From Limisphaerales bacterium (GTDB taxonomy: Bacteria > Verrucomicrobiota > Verrucomicrobiia > Limisphaerales > JACDHS01), in contig JBKJKE010000038.1 in NCBI GenBank assembly GCA_046597605.1, positions 75,703 through 139,702 on the forward strand: 64,000 bases of DNA, in the 5' to 3' direction. A program made the translations under genes and the position numbers. Below, piece after piece: positions 1-10,600 of this stretch (positions are counted from its first letter, which is position 1; every line of letters starts with the position of its first letter). The notes below the pieces were generated by a model. It had not been told where the DNA came from. It saw nothing but the letters and a program-made list of their open reading frames with translations, and ran no database searches.

Positions 1-118
1 GAAGTTCCGCGCAGGGTTGCCGAGAAGTTGAACCGATCGATCGGGCAAATGGGCGATTCTGAAAAGGCCTGGTGGAAACGTTTGTTTAAAAAGTGATCCG
101 CGTTCGCTTACTGCTGTC

Positions 119-1633
119 ATGAACGTTCACACTGAGATCGAGACCTTAATCCGGGCCCGTTATCCCATTCTATATATCGTTTCCAGTGAAGAGACGCGCG
201 TGCAGAAGGCGCTGATGGAGATCGCGCAAAGGAGACAGAAGAAGCTCTTCGAATGGAGTTGCACGACCGGGATTGTGGCTGCCGGCACTTCCATTCAGTC
301 TCAGAAAGGGCGCACCTCCACCACGAAAGATCCGCTCGCGGCATTGGACCAGGTGATCGAGCAGGTGGAACCCGCCATATTCCTTTTCAAAGATTTTCAT
401 CCGTTCCTCTCCCGCAACAACTTCACCGTCATTCGTAAGCTGAAGGAGATTGCACTTCAGCTGAAAAACAGTCTGAAGACCGTCGTGTTGGTCGCGCCCT
501 CCATGGAGATTCCGACGGAACTGGAGAAGGAGATTACCGTCCTCAACTTTCCCCTGCCGACGCGCGAAGTGCTCGACGAGTTGTTGACTGAAATCATCGA
601 GGAGGTGCGTCAGTTTGAACGGGTGAAGATAGACCTGGATACCGCGGGCCGGGAGCGGTTGCTGCAGGCGGCGCTTGGTCTAACCCTCGGCGAGGCTGAG
701 AACGTTTTCGCGAAGATCATCGTCAAGGACGAGCGGCTTAGCGGCGATGATGTGAACGAAGTGTTTGCCGAGAAACAGCAGATCATTCGCAAGAGCGGGT
801 TGCTCGACTACTACTCCACCGAAGAGACTTTTGGAAATGTGGGAGGGTTAAGTGTATTGAAGGAATGGTTGCAGAAGCGGGCCGTGGCGTTCAGTGACGA
901 GGCACAACAGTTCGGTCTCTCTGCTCCCAAAGGTATTTTAATCCTGGGTGTGCAGGGATGCGGCAAAAGTCTTTCGGCCAAAGCGGTATCAAGCTTGTGG
1001 CAGTTGCCTTTGCTGCGGTTCGATATGGGCCGAATGTTTGGCAGCATGGTCGGTTCGTCGGAAGAGAACGTGCGCCGAGCCATTGCGGTGGCGGAATCGG
1101 TTGCGCCAGCGATTCTTTGGGTGGATGAAATCGACAAGGCCTTCGCGGGGTCGCAGGGATCGGGCACCAGCGATGGAGGAACGACGGCACGGGTGTTTGG
1201 CACGTTTCTCACCTGGCTTTCGGAAAAGACTGCGCCGGTCTTCGTGGTCGCTACGGCGAATGATATTTCCCATCTCCCGCCAGAACTCATGCGCAAAGGG
1301 CGCCTCGATGAAATCTTCTTCGTCGATCTGCCCGGACCGGAGGAGCGCTCCGATATCTTTGCGATTCATTTGGGGAAGCGTAAGAGGGACCCGCAGAATT
1401 TCGAATTGCCCGCGCTCGCCGCTTGCAGTGAAGGATTCAGTGGTGCGGAGATTGAGGAAGCGATCACGAGCGCGTTGTATGATGCGTTCGCGGCCGGGGG
1501 AGAAGTAACGACCGAGCACATCCTCGAATCGCTTCGGCAAACCGTTCCGCTCTCGCGAACGATGGACGAACAGATCACGCGCCTGCGTCAATGGGCAGAC
1601 GGACGCGCGCGTTACGCGAGTGTTCGTTTGTAA
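119..1633 (+). CDS. AAA family ATPase (classic-clade AAA domain with ~250-aa N-terminal domain of unknown function; COG0464/SpoVK-like)
   Basis: Walker A GVQGCGKS, Walker B ILWVDEID and second region of homology [28 protein letters not shown] are all present. A clean 504-aa ORF is preceded by a non-coding stretch. Confidence 0.8.
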   Translation: MNVHTEIETLIRARYPILYIVSSEETRVQKALMEIAQRRQKKLFEWSCTTGIVAAGTSIQSQKGRTSTTKDPLAALDQVIEQVEPAIFLFKDFHPFLSRNNFTVIRKLKEIALQLKNSLKTVVLVAPSMEIPTELEKEITVLNFPLPTREVLDELLTEIIEEVRQFERVKIDLDTAGRERLLQAALGLTLGEAENVFAKIIVKDERLSGDDVNEVFAEKQQIIRKSGLLDYYSTEETFGNVGGLSVLKEWLQKRAVAFSDEAQQFGLSAPKGILILGVQGCGKSLSAKAVSSLWQLPLLRFDMGRMFGSMVGSSEENVRRAIAVAESVAPAILWVDEIDKAFAGSQGSGTSDGGTTARVFGTFLTWLSEKTAPVFVVATANDISHLPPELMRKGRLDEIFFVDLPGPEERSDIFAIHLGKRKRDPQNFELPALAACSEGFSGAEIEEAITSALYDAFAAGGEVTTEHILESLRQTVPLSRTMDEQITRLRQWADGRARYASVRL

Positions 1634-1656
1634 TTGCGAAGCACCGGAGTGAAAAA

Positions 1657-1932
1657 GGTGGAGCGGAAGCTCCTAGTCAAAAGGTGGTGGGGCAAACCTG
1701 CCAGGCCGCAACGCGGGCAGTGACTCTCTAGTTCTGACTTTTTGCCCTGATTTCTGCCTTTGCGGCTGCCATCCAGATATATGAATATTCTTCGCGGGAA
1801 GTCTGTGACCCAGTTCTGCACTTCCGGCGTTTTGCTCTGCTTTGGGAATGCCCCTAGCCACAGAAGGGGCAATGTCAGGGCAAACCAGCAGGTTGTGCCC
1901 CACCTATTTTGACTAGGAGCTTCCGCTCCACC
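1657..1932. mobile_element. MITE-like element / long structured inverted repeat: 45-bp terminal inverted repeats (1657-1701 and 1888-1932) flanking a ~186-bp core
   Basis: The left arm is GGTGGAGCGGAAGCTCCTAGTCAAAAGGTGGTGGGGCAAACCTGC. The reverse complement of the right arm is GGTGGAGCGGAAGCTCCTAGTCAAAATAGGTGGGGCACAACCTGC. About 41 of 45 positions match, including the first 26. It lies in the convergent intergenic gap between the AAA ATPase gene and the M16 peptidase gene. Confidence 0.4.
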
Positions 1933-1946
1933 TGGCTGAAGTTGGA

Positions 1947-3593
1947 CTAATTCTTCATCGGCTGCATCGTGAGCGGGTCACGCAACGGCAATTCCGTTAC
2001 CTTGCCATTACCAATCTCTTCGATCTTCACTGGATGATTCGGATGGCCTTTAAGGATTTCTTCTTTTTGTCCCACGATCAGAACCACCAGGTTAGTCGAA
2101 GTAAGGAACTGTTTCGCCACACGCTGAACATCCTCCTGGGTGACGCCGTCAATGCGATCGCGATACTTATCCCAGAACAAAGGGTCTTTCTTGTAGCGAC
2201 CCGTAAACTCTTCCTGGGCAAATGTGGTTGCCACCTGTGTCTTGGTAGCAAAGGTGCGCGGGAAACGATCTATGAAAGAACGTTTGCTGATGTGCAATTC
2301 GTCTTTGGCAGGCGGCTGTTGCGCCATCTTCTTCATTTCATCCAACACGATGGAAATGGCATAGGGAACGGTGCGTGACTTCGATTGAAAGGAGGCGTTA
2401 AACGTCAGCGGATAATAGACACCGCCCGGAAGGCTCGAACTCGCAGAGTAGGCAAGGCCTTCATCGGAACGAACGCGGTTCATGATGTGCGATGTGAAAC
2501 CACCACCGCCCAAAATGTCGTTCATCAGGATAGCCGGGAAGTAATCCGGATCTTCGCGATGAATTCCCGGTAACATAATGGCGACACGTCCCTGGTTCAC
2601 ATCCTTATTCACGACGTAAATGCCCGGCTTGGCCAATTCGGTGTTCGTCGGAATTTCTGGCGGGACATCACCGGTGAACGGCCATTTCGCGAACAACTGC
2701 TCAAGCTTGGCTGTCATCTTGGCAGGCTCGAAATCGCCGCTGACCGCCACGACAAAGTTCGTGGGATGAAACCAGCGTTGGTGAAACTCCTGGAGATCTT
2801 TCTTAGTGATGCTTTCGAGGGAAGCAGCAGTTGTATAGCGATTCGCCCAAAATTTTTCTCCCTGGGCGAGAAAGCCGCGCTCCCGTTCTTCGATATCCGA
2901 AGAATCGTCGTTGCGCTGGCGAATGGATTGCAATGTCTGCGACTTGATCAATGCAATTTTATCATCCTGAAAACGCGGAGCCGTCAAAACCTCGCGCAGG
3001 ATTCCAAGACCTTCATCCAGGTCTTTGGAAAGAAGATTGAGGCTAACGCTCCCTTGCGTCTCGCCCACGCCAGAACTGAGTTGAGCAGCAAGAAAGGCGA
3101 GGCGTTCCTCGAGTTCTTCCGCGGTTTTCGACTTGGTTCCACCGCGTGCGAGCAAGTAGCCAGCGAGACTGGAGAGACCTTGTTTGCCATCCGGTTCCAC
3201 GTATTGGCCGGTACGAACCAATATCGCGATATTAATCAGCGGCAGTTCACGATTCGTGACGACATAGGCGACTGGCCCGGACTTAAGCTGCACCCGGTAA
3301 TCCGCCGGATTCGGGGGATCATATTGCAGCTCCGGATATTTCAATTGGTCCGGACGAGCGGGAATCTTGTCGATCGCAGCAGTTTCTTTTTCAGCAGCGC
3401 GTCCGCTCGTGATGCCACCCGCCGCAGCTTTGGCTGCAGCTGCTGGCTTTGCGGTAGGTCCATTGGTGCTCCGGGCTCCTGGTTTCTTCCCTTTTTCAGC
3501 GGCGGTAGTTTGCTGTGCGGAAAGTGTTCCGTGGCCAACGATCAGAAATGCGGAACAAAAAATGGTAGCGAATTGAAGAAAGGTTCTTTTCAT
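1947..3593 (-). CDS. M16 family peptidase, probable non-catalytic partner subunit (no HxxEH motif), secreted
   Basis: N-terminal signal peptide MKRTFLQFATIFCSAFLIVGHGTLSAQQ. Insulinase-like length and architecture. Start overlaps upstream M16 gene stop (ATGA at 3590-3593). Confidence 0.75.
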   Translation of the reverse strand: MKRTFLQFATIFCSAFLIVGHGTLSAQQTTAAEKGKKPGARSTNGPTAKPAAAAKAAAGGITSGRAAEKETAAIDKIPARPDQLKYPELQYDPPNPADYRVQLKSGPVAYVVTNRELPLINIAILVRTGQYVEPDGKQGLSSLAGYLLARGGTKSKTAEELEERLAFLAAQLSSGVGETQGSVSLNLLSKDLDEGLGILREVLTAPRFQDDKIALIKSQTLQSIRQRNDDSSDIEERERGFLAQGEKFWANRYTTAASLESITKKDLQEFHQRWFHPTNFVVAVSGDFEPAKMTAKLEQLFAKWPFTGDVPPEIPTNTELAKPGIYVVNKDVNQGRVAIMLPGIHREDPDYFPAILMNDILGGGGFTSHIMNRVRSDEGLAYSASSSLPGGVYYPLTFNASFQSKSRTVPYAISIVLDEMKKMAQQPPAKDELHISKRSFIDRFPRTFATKTQVATTFAQEEFTGRYKKDPLFWDKYRDRIDGVTQEDVQRVAKQFLTSTNLVVLIVGQKEEILKGHPNHPVKIEEIGNGKVTELPLRDPLTMQPMKN

Positions 3594-5158
3594 GGTTGCG
3601 CGGTGGTTTCGCTGGCTTGAGGAGCGGTCGGCTTCTTTTCGGTGCTGGCTGCTTTGCGTGTATAAACAGCAACCGCCCGGTTCTCCTTGGTGAAATATGC
3701 CTTAGCGACCCGTTTCACATCTTCGGCAGTGACTGCCTGGATCTTCGCAGCTGCTTCATTGATCTCCCGCCAATTCCCGAGACCATCGTAAAAAATCAAC
3801 TGCATCAGGATCGAGGTGTTTGAAGAGAGCTTACGAAATTCTCCGGCGGCGAAATTGTTTTTAACCTTCTGCAGCTCTTCTACTGGAATCTCTTCGGTAT
3901 TGATCTTTGCGAGCTCTTTGTAGAGCGCTTGCTCGACCTGTTCTGGAGTCATCTTTTCTTTCGCTTCGCCACCCACGTTAAACAATCCAGCCCACTTGCG
4001 ATGATCCGGATGAGACCAGGTTTCCGTCGCGATCTGTGAACCCAAAATCAGCCCTTTGTAAAAGCGACCGGTCCGGGTGGAAAGAATCTGCGCCAGCACT
4101 TGTAGCGGATACGAATCCTTGTGCCCAAAAGGAACCGTGTGCCACATGATATCCACCTGCGGATTCGCTTCCGCTTCCGCATACATCCGCTTTTCCGCCG
4201 TTTGGTTTACTTCCAATGTCACGACATCCGGCGCTTCTTTTTTTCCCTGCGGAATGCGTCCGAAATACGTCTCCGCCAGGTCAACTGCTTTCTTCGGATC
4301 GAAATCGCCGACGAGGATAGCCGTTAGATTTTGGGGAGCGTAGTAAGTGGCATAAAACTCATCCGCCTGAGCTTTGGAAATGGCAGCAATGTCTGAAGGC
4401 CATCCTATCACCGGCCACTGATAAGGATGGGATTCCCAGAAAATGGATTCAAAACTCTCGGAAAACTTGCCAAGTGGAGTCGAATCGGTGCGCATGCGAC
4501 GTTCTTCAAAAACCACATCGCGTTCGGCGTAAAATTCCCGGAAGACAGGACGCAGCAGACGTTCTGATTCCATCCACATCCAGAGTTCCAACTTGTTGGC
4601 CGGCACCGTGATGAAGTAGGCGGTCATGTCCGAGCTGGTGAACGCGTTCATCCCCGAACCACCGTTGCCGGTGTAGATTTTATCAAACTCATTCTTTACC
4701 AGGACTTCGCGCTGTTGCTTGATCAGATCGGCAAACTCCTTCTCCAATTCACGGTAGCGTGGAGTGAAGTTCTCCGGCTTTTGGATATCGTCCAGCTCAC
4801 CGCGACGATACATCTCTCGCATCTTCTTCTCTTCACCCCGCATTAATTCCCGCACCCGCTCCTGTTCGGCAATGATCTCCAGATCCTTTTTGAAATCTTT
4901 AGTGCCGATGGTGGGCGTTCCTTTGAACATCATGTGTTCGAATAGATGGGCGATCCCGGTAATGCCGGGTCGCTCGTTCGCGCTTCCGACATGGGCGACC
5001 CAACCTCCGGAAATCATCGGCTCATCCTTTCGTGGCAGCATGAGAACGCGCATGCCGTTGGAAAGATTCGTTTCGATGACTGGAACCTGCTGCGCCCAAA
5101 TGGAAGTTGCTGAAGTAAGGAGAAAAAGGATCAGCAGTGGGAAAAGATGTTTCTTCAT
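3590..5158 (-). CDS. M16 family zinc peptidase (pitrilysin/insulinase-like), catalytic subunit
   Basis: Inverted zinc-binding motif HLFEHMMFKGT (HxxEH) is present. Signal peptide MKKHLFPLLILFLLTSATSIWAQQ. I chose the internal Met at 5158 as start rather than 5194, on signal-peptide grounds. Confidence 0.85.
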   Translation of the reverse strand: MKKHLFPLLILFLLTSATSIWAQQVPVIETNLSNGMRVLMLPRKDEPMISGGWVAHVGSANERPGITGIAHLFEHMMFKGTPTIGTKDFKKDLEIIAEQERVRELMRGEEKKMREMYRRGELDDIQKPENFTPRYRELEKEFADLIKQQREVLVKNEFDKIYTGNGGSGMNAFTSSDMTAYFITVPANKLELWMWMESERLLRPVFREFYAERDVVFEERRMRTDSTPLGKFSESFESIFWESHPYQWPVIGWPSDIAAISKAQADEFYATYYAPQNLTAILVGDFDPKKAVDLAETYFGRIPQGKKEAPDVVTLEVNQTAEKRMYAEAEANPQVDIMWHTVPFGHKDSYPLQVLAQILSTRTGRFYKGLILGSQIATETWSHPDHRKWAGLFNVGGEAKEKMTPEQVEQALYKELAKINTEEIPVEELQKVKNNFAAGEFRKLSSNTSILMQLIFYDGLGNWREINEAAAKIQAVTAEDVKRVAKAYFTKENRAVAVYTRKAASTEKKPTAPQASETTAQP

Positions 5159-5279
5159 TTTAAAACAAAAGACACGCCAAATGGGCGTGTTCAAAACCTG
5201 CGAGGTAACTTTGTTGCGAAACGATAGGCAGTCAATGCCGTTTCTCAGGCTAACTGCCCGGCTCGTTCGGGGGCACGGC

Positions 5280-5543
5280 TTACCAGCTACGTGCTACGAC
5301 CATATTTGAGTTCGGCAAACGAAATCTCATGGCGGGGGCATGTTTGGTATAGATCCCAACGAACCCGCGGCGCTTCATCTCTGCGGCGGAACCGATCGGG
5401 CAATCGTGAGGTTCACCAACGATATACTTTTCGCGCAGCGTCTTTTTGTCCGGGCCGACGAGGTCCAGGCATTGAGAAGAGCGGTTACCAACGAAGGTTG
5501 CGTCATTGCAAATTGTATCTTCTTTTTTCATAGACGTGCCCAT
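5280..5543 (-). CDS. hypothetical small Cys-containing protein (possible single-cluster ferredoxin-like; weak)
   Basis: 87-aa ORF with spaced cysteines and a C-terminal DCPIGSA element reminiscent of Fer4_15-type CP..AI motif. Competing + strand ORFs overlap it. Not confirmed. Confidence 0.25.
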   Translation of the reverse strand: MGTSMKKEDTICNDATFVGNRSSQCLDLVGPDKKTLREKYIVGEPHDCPIGSAAEMKRRGFVGIYTKHAPAMRFRLPNSNMVVARSW

Positions 5544-5824
5544 GGTAGAGAGCTCCTCAAAAACTTCAATCAGGGTGGGAGTGCTTTGATTCTTCAGGGT
5601 TGCACTTAAGGATATTTAGACCGTTGCCATCGGCAAACCACAGATCCGCGGAGATGCACCTAGGGCTGGGTAGTGAATAAGGCGGGAAGTTAGATTTTTG
5701 AATCGATTTCAAAACTGCGGTGTTAGCAGTAGTTGAAACCCCTGAAAAACACTATTTGATTGAAAACCGATGGGCAGCTTGTTTTATTTGCCCATCTTCC
5801 CATTCGAAATCGCTGCTCAATACT

Positions 5825-6877
5825 ATGCCTAACGAAGTGAACAAACCCAAGAACGGCTCAAATAAAGGAATCCTCGCAGTTGTCGCGATCATTGCTGTCA
5901 TCGGAGCATTCTTCCTTTTTAAGTCTAAAGGTCCAAAGCCTATAGCAACACCGGACGATACCAATGCGGCGACGGCCAGGGTCGCTTCCAGTAAAGTCCC
6001 CACCAGACCGGTATCCGCCGAGGAACCGGCGACAAATGCAGAACCGAAAGAACCGGACAAAAATGCTGAGACCACCTGGATGATCGAAGATTTTACCGAT
6101 CCCAAACGTAACTGGGATAAATACAAGATGAAGAACGTGCAGGTCACAGCACGTGGTATCGAACTCGCCCCCGGCGCCAAAGAAGGTTCGTTTGAATCTC
6201 CCGTTATCACCACGACAATCGCCGCGAACATGGTGGCCCCTTTGTGGAAACAGGAAGTGCCCAAAGGTTCCTGCGTGAAAGTGGAAATGGCGATCAGCGG
6301 TGACAATCAACACTGGAGCCCATGGTATCCTTTGGATGACACCGGCGATGATATCAGCCCTCTCTATCCTGACGGCACACCGAATCCCAACTACGGTCAC
6401 GTTCCGGGTGCGTATATTTCCACCGGTCTCGACCTGGCTGCCTTTACCCGTTATCGGTTCACCCTCGCGGCCGAAGGTTGCGATGACAAAGAATATCGCC
6501 TCCCGGACGGTTCCTTCGCTTCCAGCCTGGTTGTTTCCAGACTGCGTATGTATCTCGCCGATTCCACCCTCGGTGACGGCAAGATTCTCGGCAAAGACAA
6601 CATTCCCCCTGGTGTCCCTGGAAAAGAAACACCGGCAGGACAAGAACCGCCTCCAGCAGGTTCTGCACCAGCGCCAAACTTAACCCCAGCTTCTGACCCT
6701 GCCCCTGACGCAGCGCCGCCGTTGACGCCCGCTCCGGACACAGCACCCGATGCCGCGCCCGTCACCCCGGCTCCGGACGGAACCAATCCCGACGCAGCCA
6801 CACCGGACGCAGCACCGCCTGTCTCTCCAGCTCCGGATGCAAAGGAACCGGCCAAGCCAGCGGATCCTGTTCCATAA
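5825..6877 (+). CDS. membrane-anchored protein with N-terminal TM helix and Pro/Ala/Asp-rich low-complexity C-terminal repeats
   Basis: Start chosen at MPNEVNK (atg at 5825) immediately before the TM helix GILAVVAIIAVIGAFFLF. The C-terminus has repeated TPAPDxAPDAAP units. Followed by an intrinsic terminator. Confidence 0.6.
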   Translation: MPNEVNKPKNGSNKGILAVVAIIAVIGAFFLFKSKGPKPIATPDDTNAATARVASSKVPTRPVSAEEPATNAEPKEPDKNAETTWMIEDFTDPKRNWDKYKMKNVQVTARGIELAPGAKEGSFESPVITTTIAANMVAPLWKQEVPKGSCVKVEMAISGDNQHWSPWYPLDDTGDDISPLYPDGTPNPNYGHVPGAYISTGLDLAAFTRYRFTLAAEGCDDKEYRLPDGSFASSLVVSRLRMYLADSTLGDGKILGKDNIPPGVPGKETPAGQEPPPAGSAPAPNLTPASDPAPDAAPPLTPAPDTAPDAAPVTPAPDGTNPDAATPDAAPPVSPAPDAKEPAKPADPVP

Positions 6878-6898
6878 GTTTTTGAGGCATTTCACAAA

Positions 6899-6930
6899 GC
6901 ATCTCCCTTCACTGGGAGATGCTTTTTTCT
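6899..6930 (+). terminator. Rho-independent terminator
   Basis: GCATCTCCC-TTCACT-GGGAGATGC (9-bp perfect stem, 6-nt loop) followed by TTTTTTCTTT, directly after the stop of the 5825-6877 CDS. Confidence 0.65.
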
Positions 6931-7639
6931 TTGTCTCCTTGGAAAGAAGGACACTGCCATTTAGTAGGGAAAAGATCCGGAAAATCTTACGGAAACCAGC
7001 GGTGAACGCGGTGAACCCCTTCTCCTCCATGAAGTGTGAGGAGAAGAGGTTTGCCGCTGGTTTTACTACGTTTCTTCGATTTTTCATCTTAACTAAATGG
7101 CATTGGGTTTCGGCCTTTGGCATGTTGGCGCCGGTCGCCCTGAAGAAATCGACGGCAGGCACGTTGCTTACGAGTCGTAAACAGAAAGAAAAGGCCATGC
7201 GCCGTCGGTTGCGCGGATTGATTGAAGAACTTGGTCGGGCGATGGATCCGCTGGATGATCGCTGGATAGCCTTCGGCTTGAACAAACCCGGGCTACAAGA
7301 AACGCCGGATCGTCCAACAAAGGTGAATGTCACGTTGCAGGGGTCGAGTGCGGCTGTGAAATGAAAGGTGCCTCGGGCCGAGTATTACCGGATTTGGCTC
7401 AAGGTGATTGGATTGCACCTGGATCCGATCCCGGTGGGCAGCCCGGCAGATCTCGATTTCCTGATCGAGAGCCTGCCTCCGGCTTCGCAGGCGGAAGTCT
7501 CGGTTCCGCAGTCAACAACGGTGGTGAAAGCGCACGCAGTGAAGTGGTGATTGTTGTGACGCCATAACACTGACGCACAGATGAGGAAAACAGCCAAGCT
7601 GCCCGGGCAATCGGGCGGCTCTTTTATTGTCGGCTTCCA

Positions 7640-10600
7640 TCAGTCCACCTGCACGATTCGGTAAAATCGTTGGCCACTAGCCGGTTCGGATATCGAAAGC
7701 GAGTTTCCCGAGGCGAAGGTATCGCTTCCCAGTTGAGTCCAACTCGCATTGGTTAAGTCGTCCTTGAACTCCACTCGATAGGTTTTGCCTGGGAAGGTTT
7801 GCCAGGTGAGGTTCGCGTTCCCTGCCGTCACTGTCATCAAAGAAATCCTGGGCGGGGCGATCACTATGATGCTGAATGTCTTTGAATCGGTAAGGGCTGG
7901 AGTCCCGCTGTCAGTGACCCGGAGGGTGACCGCGTTGGTCTGTCCGGAGGTTACCTGCGGAGCGGTCCATGAAAATATTCCGCTGGTGGAGACAGTCGCA
8001 CCTGCCGGTCCACTCACAATGGTGAAGCTGAGTGAGTCAGCAGGGAGGTCGGAGTCGGTCATGAAATTGGTAAAAGAGAGAGTGGCTCCGGTATTCACCG
8101 TTTTGTTTGGAATCGCCGCGAGCACTGGTGCGGTATTGGTGTAAGCGAAAACTTCGATGCCATTGCATTTCGGGGCGTTGGCAGCTCCGGTCGAGAATTG
8201 CACCGTGATTTTCCCGGAGCCATCCGCAGTGGTATTGAACTGGCGGGTTACTGCCTTGAACTTGCCTCCTGCCACCAAAACAATATCTAAATTGGTGAGA
8301 ACTTGAGAGCCGTTGATGGAAACGTTGAATTGCCTTTGGCCAACTGCCGTGACCGACGGCGATATCTCGGCAAAATGAAGGCGCGTTTTGTAGAGTCGGC
8401 CGGGAACAAGGTTCGGCATCGTATAAGAGAAACTTCCCCAGCGCTCGCTCTGATAAACGGCCGCAGGGGCGGCGCCAAAAGCCCCATTCAGGTCAATGCT
8501 GTTGGTGGTGGTAAAAGTACTGAGCGAGCCATCATAAAAATTGTCGACCGTGAAAATGCCCACTCCGCTACCGCCCACATTGATCGCATGCCCAGTGAGG
8601 CTGGTTGTGAGTGGGACTTCGAAGAGGTTGTTGCCTTCATTGCCTTCCGCGAAGCGATTGAGGTCGTCCACCACTGCGGTGATCGTGTGCGTTCCGGGAG
8701 TGGCAATCCATGCGCCATTGTTCGGTCCTCCATTCGCGATGTAAGTAGCGGATGCCCCGGCAGCCAACGCAGAATTCCCAGCGCCGACATAACCGATCTG
8801 AACTCCATCCACGAGCAATCCAATGCCCAGCGTGTTGGCAGCAATCGTGGCCGAGCCCTGGTTTTTCACGGTCGTGCGGAAGTAAACGGTGTTGCCGGAA
8901 AAGATCGCACTGTTGGTCCAGGTCAGCGCGGTCGCCACCGCATCCGGGAGCCCGTTCGTGGGCCGCGCAGAAACCTGGTTGGAATCGAGGCTCTCACCAA
9001 AAGCGTTCGCCGCCGAGACGGCATAGAAGTAAGTCGTATTGGGAACAAACGACACATCCGTAAAGGCAGCCCTCGTGAGGTCTGTCGCGATGACTGTGAG
9101 AGGGCCGCCTGTTCCTCGTTTCACTTTGAAGCTGGTCGCGTCAACGGGTGCGAACCAGTTTAGTGAGACCGCCCCGGAGCTAATGTTGGCAGTGAGATTA
9201 GCAGGGGCTGCGGGAAGGGAATTGTTAGGATTCGCCAGCACCTCAATGCCGTTCATCGAAGCATTATCGATCACGGTTTCCAACCGTACGGTAATTTTTC
9301 CGTTACTATCTGCAATGGCGTTGAACTCCTGAATGTTGGCTTTGAATTGTCCCCCGGCGGCTGCGTAGATGTCAAAATTGTTCAGGGCCTTCGCGCCGTT
9401 GAGATACACATTGAAAATCCGCATGCCGGGTCCATTGAAATAGATGTACATCTCGCAAAAATGGAGGCGCATTTTGTAGGAGGTCGCGGGCACAAGGTTG
9501 GGGATTGTGTAGGTCAAGTTTCCGTAGCGTTGCGCTTGATACACGGGCATTGGGGCCGGGTTCGCAGCTCCGCTCATATCCACCGTATTTGTAACACTGA
9601 ACCCCTGACCGGCATTGAAGAAGATATCATCGCTAAAGTTTCCAGCCGCCAGACCTCCGCAATTGATCTTTGGCAATCCGGGAGTCGTCGATACCTCGAC
9701 CGAAGTCGTTCCTTCTCCCACCGAATTCACCGCACTCACGACGTAGTAGTAGGTGACACCGCTGGTCACGGCGGCATCTGTGTAACTGGTCCCCTGAAGG
9801 CCTTCGCTGATCTTGTCCGCCAGCAGAGTGTAAGGGCCCCCGCTGTTGGTGGAGCGTCGAATTGCGTAGGTCGTGGGATTGGCTGGCAGGTTGGTCCAAC
9901 TAAGACGAATCGGATTGTTGGTTGTAATGGAGAGACCCGTCGGTGCGGGTGGAACGGCAGTTGGCATCTTGAGATAATTTCCGAACCAACCGGCAATAGG
10001 CACCACCCCCGGTTGTGCGCCCGGCATAATTGTTTCCAGATCGAACGAAGCCCACCAGGTGTCACCGTTTTGGAACAATGTGCAACCCACCACATAGGGG
10101 TCCTGTTGCATTTGGTAATCAAACCAATTGAGCCAACGCTGGTAATTAGCAGCTGAACCGCGCGCCTGCCATCCGGATGAAAGGCGATCACCCACCTGAT
10201 CGACGCCGCCCTCCGTTATCACCAGTGGGATGTCTGTGATATCCGGAAATTGTTGCGCGAAAAAACTGTAGAACTGGCGATAGCGCAGGGAGTCATGAAT
10301 CTCCACGTTCAGATCGGTGGTGTATTGCAGGGTATAGGAATGGTAGCTCCAGCTGCCGCCCGCAGCTTTGGCTTGTCGCAAGGCGGGCACAAATTGCGAG
10401 AGCAGCGGCTGCCAATCGGAAGGATTACCGCCGGGATTACCGACGGCGATGCTCCCAATACAAGGTTTGTAGCCCGCACTGACCATCTGCGGGGTGAGGT
10501 TCGTCCAAAATTGATTAAACCATATTGCTGCATTTGTCCGCTGGTCCCAGGGATAGCCGAGAGTAGGAGTCTGTCCTTCGTTGGGACCTTCCAGGTAATC

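Noticed and set aside
1612-1903. ORFs 1612-1872 and 1673-1903 (-) inside the inverted-repeat element
   Set aside because: They span the terminal inverted repeats, have no start context, and their translations are Arg/Pro-rich. The element is better explained as non-coding.
5720-5824. Upstream 35 codons of ORF 5720-6877
   Set aside because: The segment MLAVVETPEKHYLIENRWAACFICPSS lacks coding character and precedes a better start (MPNEVNK) placed just before the TM helix.
6750-7364. 204-aa + strand ORF overlapping the 3' end of 5825-6877 and continuing past its terminator
   Set aside because: It overlaps a supported gene in another frame and crosses an intrinsic terminator. A shorter real gene starting at ~7029 (MKCEEKRF…) cannot be excluded but has no motif.
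8303-10156. Several 100-290-aa + strand ORFs opposite the 1109-aa hydrolase gene
   Set aside because: They are antisense artefacts in a GC-rich long gene.
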